Assembly: GCA_016882265.1 (NCBI GenBank)
Contig: VGVB01000008.1
Span: 5,862-69,861, forward strand
Origin: Gammaproteobacteria bacterium
GTDB lineage: Bacteria > Pseudomonadota > Gammaproteobacteria > Steroidobacterales > Steroidobacteraceae
Direction: 5' to 3'
DNA: 64,000 nt
A program made the translations under genes and the position numbers. Positions 63,764 to 64,000 of the stretch are shown here, in pieces; position 1 is the stretch's first letter, and the number at the start of each line of letters is the position of its first letter. A model generated the notes under the pieces. The model did no database searches. It was given only the letters and a program-made list of their open reading frames with translations, and was not told where the DNA came from.

Positions 63764-63845
63764 GCGGGCTGGGGACTGGGACACTCGCTCGCTCGCGCGG
63801 CCAGAACTTACGCGCTCGCTCGCGCCGCCCCAGCCCCCAGCCCGC
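63764..63845. repeat. imperfect inverted repeat enclosing two 12-nt direct repeats, in the xseA-guaB intergenic region
   Basis: GCGGGCTGGGGACTGGG (63764-63780) pairs with CCCAGCCCCCAGCCCGC (63828-63845) with one mismatch. GCTCGCTCGCGC is repeated at 63787-63798 and 63814-63825. Confidence 0.6.
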
Positions 63846-63933
63846 TGCGATGCCAAGGGACCGCGAGCGACTGCTGCCGGCTCCCCGTCCCGGTGGCGAG
63901 TGCCGCGATGCCGCCCGGAACACCGGCACCCGG

Positions 63934-63939
63934 TATAAT
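63934..63939 (+). promoter_or_regulatory. perfect TATAAT -10 hexamer 5 nt upstream of the guaB ATG (possible leaderless transcript)
   Basis: cggTATAATgccgcATG. There is no SD between the hexamer and the ATG, and no good -35 by eye. Confidence 0.35.
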
Positions 63940-63944
63940 GCCGC

Positions 63945-64000
63945 ATGCGCATAGCCCAGGAAGCACTGACCTTCGATGACGTCCTGCTGGTGCCCGCGTA
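63945..64000 (+). CDS. guaB: IMP dehydrogenase, 3'-truncated by the window edge (first 18 codons only)
   Basis: Translates to MRIAQEALTFDDVLLVPA, the canonical GuaB N-terminus. Divergent from xseA, as in enterobacteria. Confidence 0.85.
   Translation, partial: MRIAQEALTFDDVLLVPA

Overview
High-GC (about 70% by eye) proteobacterial chromosome segment with gammaproteobacterial-type synteny. It is almost fully coding; I saw no rRNA, CRISPR array, transposase or integrase.

(1) 1-5460: gltB (5'-truncated by the window edge) and gltD.

(2) 5514-21179: a roughly 15.7-kb co-directional minus-strand gene array. In transcription order it reads liuA-liuB-liuC-liuD (leucine/isovaleryl-CoA catabolism), two SDR dehydrogenases, an M16 peptidase pair, ETF-ubiquinone oxidoreductase, acetoacetyl-CoA synthetase, zapE and a tandem-GFA protein.

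(3) 21231-27430: a GntR regulator, a thiolase, a TetR regulator and the fused isobutyryl-CoA mutase IcmF. Together with block 2 this forms a branched-chain acyl-CoA catabolic supercluster.

(4) 27519-49387: housekeeping genes. These are a plsC-like acyltransferase, xerD, dsbC, fdxA, a Nudix hydrolase, tRNA-Leu(CAA), an ECF sigma / anti-sigma / tandem-PDZ trio, queA-tgt-yajC-secD-secF, a TerC-family protein, suhB, a reduced iscS / IscU-like / iscA cluster, and ndk-rlmN-pilW-hisS-yfgM-bamB-der.

(5) 49388-62316: the only clearly accessory block. It holds a HlyB-type ABC exporter, a HlyD adaptor, an orphan 4-TM protein and a 2923-aa RTX protein. The RTX protein has an N-terminal GHSLGG lipase-like domain, many calcium-binding repeat blocks and three cadherin-like domains. 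This block sits between der and xseA/guaB, which are normally neighbours.

(6) 62279-64000: xseA and the first codons of guaB.

Two near-identical long perfect hairpin elements (core AAAAGGGGACGCTTCCCTTTT) occur at 11127-11192 and 27432-27518. Many long ORFs in the six-frame track are antisense shadows of real genes, as expected at this GC content.
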